A stretch of 33,205 nucleotides of DNA from Octopus bimaculoides (GCF_001194135.2 NC_068991.1:32695999-32729203); one strand, 5' to 3'; positions 1 through 11,145 are shown, counted from the stretch's first letter. Numbers and translations: made by a program. Notes: a model not told the origin generated them from the sequence alone.

Positions 1-88
1 AATATAGCAGGAGATTTCACCGCAAAGAAGTCTAAATTAGACTCCTTAGGTATCGTTCTCCTTGTTTATATATCCAAAGTTTTAAATT

Positions 89-159
89 TAAATTTAAGAG
101 AGAGATTTGATGCTAATATCCATTATTATTATTAGCCTCAAATCTCTCTCTTAAATTTA
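89..159. repeat. Near-perfect inverted repeat (~29-bp arms, 1 mismatch)
   Basis: aaatttaagagagagatttgatgctaata (90-118) vs tattagcctcaaatctctctcttaaattt (130-158). Confidence 0.9.
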
Positions 160-347
160 TATATATATATATATATATATATATGGTGGTTGTCCACTCC
201 TTAAACAGAGTTTGACCACCTCCTGCACCTACACCTTAGCCCTTTCATATATATAAAAGCATCGGTTATAGAACAAACATTAAATTTGGGTCCACGACTT
301 TACGTACAACACCTATTTTGATCTGTGCGTGTCTCCTGTTTCTTGTT

Positions 348-431
348 TATCCTGATGAGGGGGGGTCATCGCCTTGTTGTACTTTAGTGTAAATAAACTG
401 CGGTGGTGAACTCCCGAAATGGCCATAGATA
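348..431 (+). ncRNA. Type I hammerhead ribozyme motif (PLE pseudo-LTR type), core intact
   Basis: tatc(348-351)-CTGATGA(352-358)-long stem II (ggggg/ctccc plus tcatcgcc/ggtggtga)-GAAA(416-419)-palindromic tggcca-TA-gata(428-431). Stem I tatc/gata; predicted cleavage after 427. Confidence 0.75.
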
Positions 432-606
432 TATGTGAATGTTGAATTTGACCTGTGAAGTCTTGTCATTATGAACTCTTGGATGTACTTGTGTGGAGGG
501 AGTAAGACTTTTTTCAAGATGTATGTGAATTTGACATGTGGAAGTCTTTTTACTTATGAACTTTGGACATACGTGTATGAGGGAAGTAAAAGACTTTTTT
601 CAAATA
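431..606 (+). repeat. Diverged tandem duplication, ~88-bp unit x2
   Basis: tgtgaat..ttgac.tgtg.aagtc...tatgaact...gagggagtaa.gacttttttcaa occurs twice in succession. Confidence 0.7.
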
Positions 607-809
607 TTTTTTTTTAAATTAAAAAAATTTTTTTAAAAAATATTTTAATCATCTGAAAAGTTTAGTCAATAGATAGTTATTTTTATTTTAACCTTTACTA
701 ATTTCATATTTGTCTATTAGGTTTTTTGGTAGTTTTTGAATTTTCAGCCGTTTATATCTAACATTTTTGATTGGCCATTCTATTTGTATTTTATTCGTTT
801 ATATACTTT

Positions 810-1166
810 TACCTTCATGATAGCATGGGTTGGATGGTTTGACCAGAGCTGGCAAGCGGGAAGGCTGCATCAGACTCCAGCCTGATTTGGCATGGTTTCT
901 ACAGCTGGATACTCTTCCTAACGCTAACCATTCTGAGGATGTAATGGGTGCTTTTACATGCCATCAGAATGGGTGCTATTTGCATAACACCAGTATCTTC
1001 CACAACTGTGATTTTACTTGGCTTGATGGGTCTTCTTCTCAAGCATGACATAATACCAAAGGTCTTGGCCATTTGTTATTGCCTCTATGAGGCCCAACAC
1101 TCGAAAGGAGCTTTTTACATCACACCAGCATCGGCCATGATTACAATCTCACTTGGCTTAGTCATA
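810..1166 (-). mobile_element. RTE-LINE 3' UTR/tail fragment (or tail-sharing SINE)
   Basis: gcatgggttggatggtttgacc...ctacagctggat...cttcctaacgctaacca matches the tail at 1378-1470 and, as reverse complement, 30225-30350 and 31000-31140. Confidence 0.75.
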
Positions 1167-1561
1167 TATATATATATATATATATATATGCTTATACAAC
1201 TTTGTGTATGTGTATGTGTGTGTGTAGTGACATACTAACAAGTTTGTATAGTTTATTTGTACAAATTTATTACCCTTTGCCTTTGTAAATGTTTTTGTCT
1301 GTTAATGTTTTGAAAATTGCCTGTATACTATTTTACTTGTCAAGAAAATGTATCTATATCATCATCATCATCATTTAACATCCGTTGTCCATGCTGGCAT
1401 GGGTTGGATGGTTTGATCAGGGCTGGTAAGCTGGAAGGCTACACCAGACTCCAATCTGATTTGGCATAATTGGTGCTTTTATGTGCCACCAGCACAGGTG
1501 CCATTTGCATGAGACTGGTATCTGCCACAACATAATGCCAAAGGTCTCGGTCATTGTCTCT

Positions 1562-1835
1562 ATGAATTCCAACACTCAAAAGGAACTCAGTCACTTTGCC
1601 TCTGTGAGGATCATCACTTGAAAGGAACTCAGCCACTTTGTCTCCATGAGGCCCAATGCTCGAAAGGAACTCAGTCACTTTGCTTCCGTGAGGCACAATG
1701 CACAATGCTCAAAAGGAACTCAATCACTTTGCTTCCTTGAGGCCTAACATTCGAAAAGAAACAACCACTTTTGCTTCCACGAGGCCCAACGCTTGAAAGG
1801 AACTTGGCCACTTTGCCTCCATGAGGCCCCATGCT
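1562..1835. repeat. ~42-bp minisatellite (~6-7 diverged copies) in the RTE 3' UTR
   Basis: Unit approximately gaggcccaatgctcgaaaggaactcagtcactttgcttccgt repeated in tandem. Confidence 0.85.
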
Positions 1836-4468
1836 CCAACAGTGCTCTTCACATTCTACTGGCATGGGTGCCAGTTACGTAATACCAACATCAGCCATGA
1901 CTACAATTTCACTTGGCTTGATGGGTCTTCTCAAGTACAACGTATCATCAAAGGTCTTGGTCACTAGTCATTGCCTCTGAGACTCAAAGTTTGAAGATCA
2001 TGTTTCATCACTTCGTCCCATGTCTTCCTGGGTCTACCTCTACCACAGGTTCTCTCCACAGTTAGAGATTGGCACTTCATTACACAGCAGCCCTCATCCA
2101 TATGCATCACATGACCATACCAGTGCAGTCGTCTCTCTTGCACACCACATCTGATGCCTCTTATGCCTAACTTTTCTCTCAAGGTGCTTACACTGTTGAA
2201 CATGCACACTGACATTGCATACTGGCTTCATTTCTTTCAAGCTTACGCATGCCCTTGGCTGTCATAGCCCATGTTTCACACATGGCTGTTCGCACACAGG
2301 CATCATATAATCTGCCTTTCACTCTGAAGGAGAGGCCTTTAGTTGCCAGCAGCGGTAGGAACTCTTTGAACTTTGCCCAGCCTAATCTTATTCTCACAGC
2401 TACACTCTCAGATCATTCTCCTCCACAACTAACTTGGTCACCTAGATAACAGAAGCTATCTACTACCTCTAGCTTGCTCTCTGCCACTTGCAGTTGATGG
2501 AGTCTATTTTCTGCACATTTTCAGTGTTTATTGCACCTGTGCATCTTCCACATACAAAAGCTAGTTTCCCTGTTAACCTTCCTCTGATATTGCTGCACCT
2601 TTAATGTCTCCAAAGCTTATGGAGTTTCTACCTATGCCTTTTCTACAGATTGAGCAGGGCCATCTACCTGAAGGGATTAGTGATTTGTCTGCCTTTCTAC
2701 TAACTAAGACTTTAGTTTTTACTAGGTTAGCTCTAAGGGCCTTCAATTCTAGACCTTGCTTCCATACCTGGAATTTCTTTTCTAGTTCTGGTAGTGATTC
2801 AACTATAAGTGCAAAGTCATCAGCATAGAGGAACTCTCAGGGACATCCTGTCTTAAATTCATCTGTTATTGTCTGGAAGACTATGATGAACAAGAGGAGG
2901 CTGAGCACTGATCCTTGGTGAACCTCTACTTGTACCCTGAATTCTTCACTGTACTTATTGCCAACCCTCACCTTATGGCTTGTACAGCTCTCACCAACCA
3001 CTTGTCTATCCCTAGTTTCCACATTGGCCACCATATAAGGGATCGGGGGATCCTGTCAAAGGCTTTCTCCAACTCAACAAAGGCCAAGTACAGAGGTTTA
3101 TCTTTGGCTTGGAATTTCTCCTGCAGCTGTCTTACCAGAAATATAGCATCAGTGGTGCTTTTCCCTGGCACAAACCCAAACTGTATCTCGTCTAAACTAA
3201 TTCTTTCCCTAATTAGTTGGGCTATGACCCTCTCCGTGACTTTCATTACCTGATCTAACAGCTTGATACTTCTGTAATTATTCATATCTAATGCATCACT
3301 TTTACCTTTGTAACAGTTGACTATGGTGCTGCTACACCAGTCATTGGTATGACTCCTTCATGAACCACCTAATTTTAAGCATCTCAGCGGTGATTCCTGA
3401 TGGACCAGGGGCTATCCATGTCTTCAAATCCTTAATTTCTTGATCTACCAAGGTACTGTCGATTCGAGTAACTCGTCCCTCAATTGGCAGACTCTCCCCC
3501 TCCCATTCATTCTCCATGTTCAGCAATCTTTCATAATGGCATTTCCAAGCCTCTTTCCTTGCAGAATCATTAAATGCAAGTGCACCATCATCCATGCAGA
3601 CACATTTCTCCTATGACATCACAATTTTCTCTCACACACTGTCTTGCAATCCAAAATACTTCAGTTCTTTGGCCCTCGTGGCACTGAGCATAGGCAAATT
3701 TCTTCTTTTCTACTTCTCCTTTGGCTTGATACACCTGTCTGCTAGCTTCCCTCCTTGCTATCTGATACAGTTCTCTGCTACTCCCACTCTTCCAGGCCTG
3801 TTTCTTTGCTCTAATGGCCCTGTCTACCACATCGTTCCACCATCATGTTACCCTAGGTCTAGTTGGGACTTCGTACTAGCTACAGATTTGCTCTGTGGCT
3901 CTCAGCAAGCTGTCCTGCAGGAATTCCTAGTTGGCCTCTATGTCACAAGTTTGTAGCTCTTCCTCCTTTTCATCAAATTTCTCAATTAGGATGTCCCTAA
4001 ATCTCTGAGCACATGAAGGGTCTTTAAACTTCCAAATCCTTCTTTTCCAGATTGGTCTGCTTCTTGGTATCCTTCTGGCCCGGAGTCTAAAATCACTAAT
4101 GACTAGTCTATGCTGGGGAATACATTCTTCACTAGGGAGGATCTATGCATTTAAGAGCAACCATGCATCTTGCTGCTTAATGAGAATGTAATTGATCTGG
4201 TGAGCGTAGCCACCTGATTGGTAGGTTATCAGGTGGCTGGTCAGCTTCCTGAAGTTGCTGTTGCAGATCAATAGGTCATTTGCATCACAGAACTCCAGTA
4301 GTCTTGTTCCCTCTCCATTTTGTGAACCATTTCCATGCCCCACCCCCCATGTACACCATGGAAAATACCAAGCTGCTGTCTGACATGCCCACTGAAGTCC
4401 CCAGCTACGAAGACGAGATCCCTGTCATTCGTCTTAGAGGTAGTTTGCAGGAAAATATAATAAAAATG

Positions 4469-4911
4469 CAGTTCTATATTTGGAATTATGTACATTATTT
4501 ACATTTGACGGATATTCCTTATCTCTTAAATATAGAATTGTATTATCTAATCGGTACGGAGCCAACATTAGATTTCAATGGAGACATGTAGAGAAACTCC
4601 ATCAAAAACTAGCTCGTCTTTCAAACCATCTAACTTTCCTGTGTAGATGTAGAGACTCAAAGCTAATACCACCTATCTTGAATATAATGACACCAACGGA
4701 TTCATATAAAGCTAGAAGAGTAGCAGAAAGGGCAGTACATGCCCTTGTCCATGAGAGGATCCCTTACAACCATTGGAAAAAAACATCAACTAAATAACAA
4801 AATCAAAGAGAGGTTATCTTCATTACTTAGGAAAATAACCAGAGATGATGATAGAAAGAGAATCCAACAAGATACAAGATGAGGACAAATATCTGTCAAA
4901 TGTAAATAATG
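4469..4911 (+). mobile_element. Penelope-like element fragment (ORF N-terminus / solo pLTR-like) with 13-bp TSD
   Basis: Peptide RHVEKLHQKLARLSNHLTFLCRCRDSKLIPP..ERI resembles Penelope/Poseidon N-termini; TATAATAAAAATG at 4456-4468 and 4912-4924; removing the insert restores the RTE frame KDHFYYIFLQTTSK. Confidence 0.8.
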
Positions 4912-6119
4912 TATAATAAAAATGGTCCTTCTTTTCATTTGGTAGGCCTACTTATGGGGCATAGGCAGAGATAAGTGATGCTATGCTATTCTGCAAGACT
5001 AGCATGAGCTTATGCACTCTATCGCTCATTCTAATTACCTCTATGATCTTATCCACCCATTTCTCTGCTAGAAGTATGCCCACACCACCTACCCCATCAC
5101 TGTTAGCTTCCCAGAAGATTTTATAACTATGTGTCTTGCCTGTGAAAAACCTGACTGAAGTTCCTCTCCACCTTACCCCTTGGATGCAGCATACATCAAC
5201 ACACCTCTGTTCAAGCAGCTCAACAATCTTGCTAGACCTACTTTTCAATGTGCCTACAAACAGTGCCAACCCTGAGAACTGGGTAAGGGGTGCAAGAGGG
5301 AAGATGGGCAGGAGAAATGGTATTGGGTACCTGAAAAGAAGGTTTCCGTAATTGTTTGGTAACAGACATGTCACATCAGTTGATCTCGCTTTAACCTACC
5401 ATCATTCAAACGTTAAAATTGTTGTCGCTATTGGTAGTGAGTAGCATTGTAAATATAAGCATTACTGTTGCAAATATAAATAAGTCAGTGTATAAATTAA
5501 TTAATTAGATATATGATCTGCAATTGGTTAGTCCATTATATATATGGAGAAAGAGGTAGGTGGTTTGTTTATTTACTAATAATTTCCTAAAGTAATATAT
5601 CACCTTTTGGTGCATGCAATAGTGTGAGCAAGTGTTAGTGGCAGGGAAGGAGGGATGAAGGTATGCAAATCTTCTGGTACAGAAGCGAGGCAGAGCACTG
5701 TAGGGGTTTCCAGTATTAAGATTAGATTTCTGGTATAGGTGGTGGGGGCAGAAATGGATGGGCACATCGTGAACAAGCAATGGCCAGTTTACTATCCTTG
5801 GGAAGAGAGACATGGCAACAGTGAAACATAAGTAAAACAAGAATGCATACAAATTTTAGAGAACAATAGTGAAAACATCATGAAGCAGGGACAGAGAACT
5901 AAGATTTTAGGGAATTATGGTTTGAAGAATTAATAGTTACAAGTTACGATAATACATGTTAGTATGACGAGTTAGATGAATGAATGAATGAATCAGGTGA
6001 TTTAAAAACAAGAGAAAAATCCTTAGCTTATATCTGTGTACATATTGATGTGTGAATGTGCATGAGTCTTTAAATGTAAGTGAAAGCATATGTAATAATG
6101 TATGAATTTATGTAAGTGT

Positions 6120-6344
6120 ATTTATATACATTTATGAAAAGGTTTTGTAACTGTGCATATGATTATGTATGTATATCTGCACATGTATATAGGTAAATAT
6201 CTATGTGTTGACTCACATATATAGGAGTTAATGTGCATATGTATGTGTGTGCATATGTGTATGTACACATATATGTATGTATGTACAAATGTATATACGC
6301 ATATACTTAATGTATGTTCACATGTGACTATATACATGTATGCA

Positions 6345-6399
<55 letters not shown>

Positions 6400-6400
6400 A
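6120..6400. repeat. TA/TG-rich low-complexity tract ending in (TG)n(TA)n
   Basis: Direct inspection; lies immediately 5' of the large PLE. Confidence 0.9.
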
Positions 6401-6472
6401 TAATTTGGGATAACAAATTTTCAAATCAATCAGGTGCAAACTTTCAGTGTTATATGCATCTACATATCGTAC

Positions 6473-6521
6473 TTTGGGGTCTTATTTATTGCATAATTTA
6501 TATGATAAATAAGACCCCAAA
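6473..6521. repeat. Hairpin, 17-bp perfect arms
   Basis: tttggggtcttatttat (6473-6489) vs ataaataagaccccaaa (6505-6521). Confidence 0.9.
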
Positions 6522-6579
6522 TTATTTATATTAATCATACAATTGGTTCTGCTACTAGGACTTCTTATATATGTCAGAA

Positions 6580-8073
6580 ATGGATAGTTCAGGTAGGATT
6601 GAGATGATAGAGTGGAACTCATCTTTGAAGGATATACCTATCCCAGCAGGAAAAAATATATACAGGACCTAATTAACCAGCTAAAAAACTTTATAAATAG
6701 AATGAAATGGAAGGATCACTACTACAATAACAACAATCCTAATAAGAATAATACTAAAATGGAAAATATAGACTATATAAAGAGAAACTTCAAATCTAGG
6801 CAGGGACCTCCAAATAATAGAATTATTCAGGACTTTGAAGAGAAAATAAGGAATATGGTGAAAAATATCAAATTAAAAAAATACCTTAACAGACACAACA
6901 AGCAGCTCAGCAACTTAGCTTGGAAAATAGAAATATTAAAGAACCAGGATGGAGTTATAGTGTATTAAAGAACCAGGATGGAGTTATAGTATAAGACCAG
7001 GAATTTATATAGATTGAATACACCACTTTATGATAAACTACTAGAAAAGCAAATAATGAAAAAATATAAGGTAGTTAATAAAAATTATTTAGATGATATT
7101 AACATAATTTCCATAAAAATCATGGTTAAATATGGTATTGAAAATAGAACTGAACCATATGTCCTGATTCATCCAAGAAGAACGATTAAAGACCATAAGG
7201 ATGATTTTTACTCAAACCCCCAAGTAAGATTAATATTCCCTAGCAAGTCAGATATAGATAGACTTAGTAAATTAATATTGGATAAATATAGAGGTAAATT
7301 AATTAAGTTAGGTAACCTTAAACTCTGGAATTGTACTCGAGATACTATAAAATGGTTTAACAATATTAAGGATAAAAATAGATGTAAATTCCTTCAAATT
7401 GATATAGAGAATTATTATTTATCTATAAATGAAGTGGTTTTAAATAAGGCCCTGTCATATGCCATGAGAAAGGTAAATATGTCATTTGAAGAAGTAAAAG
7501 TAGTGTTGGCCACAAGGAAGTCCATTATAAAATATAAAGATAAACTATGGGCAAGAAAGGACACTAGAGATTGTTTTGATGTACCCATGGGTGCCCCGGA
7601 TTCAACCGAGGTTACCAATCTTGTAGGTTTATATCTCTTATCTGAACTAGAAATAGAATTCACAAATATAGAGGGTGGTCTTTATAGGGACGACCTACTA
7701 CTTATAACTAGGAATTGTACTAATAGGTCATTAGAATGCATTAAGAAGAAAATGTACAAGTTCTTTAAGAATAATGGCCTAGGAATATCTATAGAGAATG
7801 AGCATTATGCAGTAAATTATCTCGATGTCAACCTTAATCCTGTCACTAATAAGATCCACCCATTCCATAAGTTGAACGAAAACCTAAAGTATATTAATTC
7901 TTCAAGTAACTATCCTAAATCAGTTAAAGAAGCTTTAATAAATAATATAGGTAAAAGAATATCTATGCTATTCTCAGATTATGACACTTTTAATAAACAT
8001 GCTCCATATTATAATAAAGCATTAAAAGAGGCAGGATACAACTCTAATATAAAATTCTTTAATTATTATGAAT

Positions 8074-8112
<39 letters not shown>

Positions 8113-9380
8113 TAACAAGTATTCCTATTAAAACTAATAATAAATCTAACAGTAAAAATATGAATAATAATAATAAAAAACAATATAACATACTAAATAA
8201 AGATAAAAATAATAATAGTAATAATGATAATGAGAATATGAGCAATAGTAAGAAACATAGTAAAGTATACATAAAGAGATTTAATATACCTAAGAATAAC
8301 AATTTAATACCGATGATGTCTACTAATAATGATAATATAAAAAATATAAAAAATAAAAAGGATATTATATGGTTAATTATTCCGTATGGGGATCAAGTTA
8401 TGACTAATATTATTAAGGAGACACTTAAAATAGTAAAATTGGTTTTTAAAAAGGACAATAGTTATTCAAATATATTTTCCAACAAAACCATAAGAGTGGG
8501 ATACTGAACATCGAGAAATGTAGGCAATATCATTTCCTCTATAAATAATAAGAAATTAAATAATTATTATAATAGCATAATAAATAATAGCTCTAGCCAT
8601 AATATTAGTGATAGAAGTCTTAATCAACATATAGAAAAATGTTCATGTTGTGATAAGACTAAATGTAAGTTCTCTAATAATTGTAATATTGATAATGTAA
8701 TTTACAAATGTATAGTTAGCTCTAAGAACAATAATAATAAAATTATAAATAAGGCTTATATTGAATCAACAGCTAATGATATTAAAAAAAAGGATATCCC
8801 AACACTACCAGACCTTTAAAAGTCCCAATTTAAGTAAGTCTACAGGCTTAAGTAAATATATATGGGAATTAAAATCTAGAAAAAGAGAGTACACACTTAA
8901 TTGGAGTATAGTAAGTAGAGCCCACTCCTATAATATTGGGAATAAAATGTGTTTATTATGCATAACTGAATTTATGAAATTACTACAGTCTTGAGATGAA
9001 TCACTAAACACACATGATGAACGAGGAGGTAAATGTAGGCACCGAAGTAATTTTACAGTTAATAAAATGGAGTATTGAACCCCCAACCCCTGAATCAAAT
9101 AACCACATAATTTTATTTCTAAAGCACTTGAAGAGACTATATAAATAAATAAAAAGAAATAATACAATAATTTAAATAAAATAAATATATTAATTAATTA
9201 TTACTAAAATTATATAATAACAAATTATATATACCTCCCAATATAGGTAAATTTGAAAATAATAATAGAGGATAATTTAAAATTAAAACTATGTATATGT
9301 AATAACCCCACCCCCTGGTACTATTCACCTATAAATACCCATAGCTCCCTGCTATCGTCTTCCTCAAATCACCATTTTAG
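6580..9380 (+). mobile_element. Near full-length Penelope-like retroelement (RT + C-terminal GIY-YIG endonuclease), disabled
   Basis: ORFs 6612-6968 (FINRMKWK) and 7014-8507 with RT motifs FLQIDIENYY, FDVPMGAPDSTEV, LYRDD, NYLDVNL; in-frame continuation past TGA 8505 gives CSCCDKTKC..C..NVIYKC..AYIEST, then KRISQHYQTF..LSKYIWELK..WSI..CLLC..LN..E..KCRH; C-rich 3' UTR follows. Confidence 0.92.
8066..8350 (+). repeat. (AAT)n-derived Asn-rich tract inside the PLE ORF
   Basis: aataataataat runs at ~8079-8112 and degenerate AAT repeats to ~8345, all in frame within ORF 7014-8507. Confidence 0.9.
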
Positions 9381-9632
9381 TACCAGCAAAAAAAAAAGGA
9401 AGATATGTATTTGAATTTTTCTTGTTATATATCACATTTAAACACAGACATTTTTATTCTGATGTTTAATCTTATATCTCACATTCTGTATTTGACATAT
9501 ACTTGATTTTACATGATTGATATATATATATACTAATTCATATTTATAATGTATAATTTATAAATTTTAATGCTTAATTGTATTGCTTATTTTTAAAGGG
9601 ATGTAAAATCAGATATATAATATTTTGAAATA

Positions 9633-9767
9633 GAACCTGAAGATGTGTTGGAATAATTGTAAATCTGACGATTGCATATATGTATTTATATATGTATATT
9701 ATAGAGGTATACAGTTGTGTATATGTATATATATTGTAATCTTCCAATACTGAAACACATATAGTTC
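9633..9767 (+). ncRNA. Degenerate type I hammerhead ribozyme motif with long stem II loop
   Basis: gaac-CTGAAGA(9637-9643)-t-gtgttggaa...ttccaatac-t-GAAA(9752-9755)-cacata-TA-gttc; stem I gaac/gttc; stem III no longer palindromic (derivable from CACGTG by transitions). Confidence 0.6.
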
Positions 9768-10169
9768 CTTCATATTTAATAAATATAAGTATTAACTAAA
9801 GTAGGATATAATTAATGAAGTATATTATATACGCTGCTGGTAATTTTGGTTATATCTTTAAGTTTTATTTTGTGATGTGCAAACTGATACCATGAGTTTA
9901 CTGTCAGATATACTCATTAGGTTATTTTTGTATTATCTGAAATAGAATACCCGCATATCGATTAATCCCCCAAAATTGAATTATATATATGTGTATTCAT
10001 GTATATATTTGCAACAATCTCTTCCCTGAAAAAGGAGGCTTGTAAATATTTGCATGTATGTATGTAAGTATATGTGCATATGTTGGTATGTATTTGAATG
10101 CAACTATATATTTGTATATATGCATATGTATGCACTCTCTCTATCTCTAATTCCCTCTTTCTGTTTTGA

Positions 10170-10990
10170 CCTTCATCAGGCAGTGTGCTGAGTGACATTG
10201 CTGTGTTTACTTCAAAAGTTGTGAAATTTGTGTTTTTGTGATCATGTGTATGCTGTAGTCTGCAATTTTATCATGGACAAGAACAAAGAGCCAACAGGGA
10301 AATTTTGTGTTAAACTTGGGAAGTCTGCTATAGAAACACTGAGCATGTTTTGGCAAGATTATGGCAATGAAGCAATGGGTCGTATGCAATGTTTTGAGTG
10401 GCATAGGCACTTCAAAAGTGGAAGAACATCCCTGGAAGACAATGAGGGATCTGCAAGACCTGCCTCAAGCATCACCTCTGAAAATGTGGTATTGTGCAAC
10501 AAGAATTCATCCCCCAGGGCCAGACTATCAATCGAGTTCTACTGCAATGTTTTGAAGCATTTGAGGGAGGCTATTTAGTGAAAGTGACTAGATCTGCAGA
10601 GCATGAAGAATTGGATTCTTCATGATGACAATGCAGGCATCCTGTTACTGAGCTCTCCTCACTTGTAAGTTTTTCACCAAAAACATGGTATCGCTTCCAC
10701 AACCAATCTATGTCAGATTTAGCACCTGCAGATTTCCATCTCTTCCCCAGGATGAAATTGCAGCTCGAAGGCCACCGTTTTAACAGTATTATTGAGTTCT
10801 GGAGTGAATTGCAGAAGGTCCTCAACTCGATTAGAGAAAATGACTTTCAGGCTGGATTCCAAATGTGGCTGGAATGCTGGGACCCACAAGGTGACAATCT
10901 TTGATGCCACTTTGTGTCACATTATACAGATAAATTCCTCTATTTACATAATATTGAGGTCTTATTCATTTTTTTGTTGTCATACCATTA
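10170..10990 (+). mobile_element. Mariner transposon remnant, internally deleted
   Basis: HTH region KFCVKLGKSAIET..FEWHRHFKSGRTSLEDNEG..RP; LHDDNA; SDLAPADFHLFPRMKLQL; the region with the first catalytic Asp is missing. Confidence 0.88.
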
Positions 10991-10994
10991 CTAT

Positions 10995-11074
10995 TAATAT
11001 ATATATATACACCCCCACCTCCACCCACATATCCACATATATAAATATATATATATTTATATATAAATATATTT

Positions 11075-11145
<71 letters not shown>

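Larger units (their letters stand above)
1358..5400 (-). mobile_element. Near full-length degenerate RTE-clade LINE (AP endonuclease + RT), interrupted by a PLE fragment at 4469-4911
   Basis: Minus-strand peptides VGTLKSRSSKIVELL..VDVCCIQ, SAYAP, VAGDFSGH, EFCDANDL, QFGFVPGKSTTDAIF, LAFVELEKAFDRIP, HQGSVLSLLLF, YADD region near 2810-2830, RLHWYGHV, GRPRKTW; (ATC)n tail at ~1358-1374; many stops and frameshifts. Confidence 0.92.

Noticed and set aside
1562-1835. 42-bp repeat unit contains tgag..ctcGAAA..TC, superficially hammerhead-like
   Set aside because: CUGANGA box is absent (ccgtga/ctgtga), and the unit is ordinary RTE UTR sequence in other copies.
5560-5850. ORF 5505-5852 with acceptor-like cttcccaag and donor-like aag|gtgata; candidate VPS54 last exon
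   Set aside because: The phase-2 peptide has no resemblance to the Vps54 C-terminus, and no frame is recognisable. It may be a very old RTE linker on the plus strand.
6122-6439. ORFs over microsatellites (also 948-1238, 8066-8302, 9962-10198, 10966-11184, 13014-13397, 30765-31035)
   Set aside because: Artefacts of low-complexity repeats, antisense TE sequence or N gaps.
8505-8507. In-frame TGA in the PLE ORF as possible selenocysteine (as in some Naiad PLEs); also TGA at ~8992
   Set aside because: By eye the first aligns with Ser of the SYS/GYS motif (TCA>TGA) and the second is a likely CGA>TGA decay. The element has other frameshifts, a C-terminal EN, and I could not identify a SECIS.
10150-10185. 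Minus-strand CTGATGAagg..caGAAA
   Set aside because: No stem III/UH or stem I; lies at the mariner edge.
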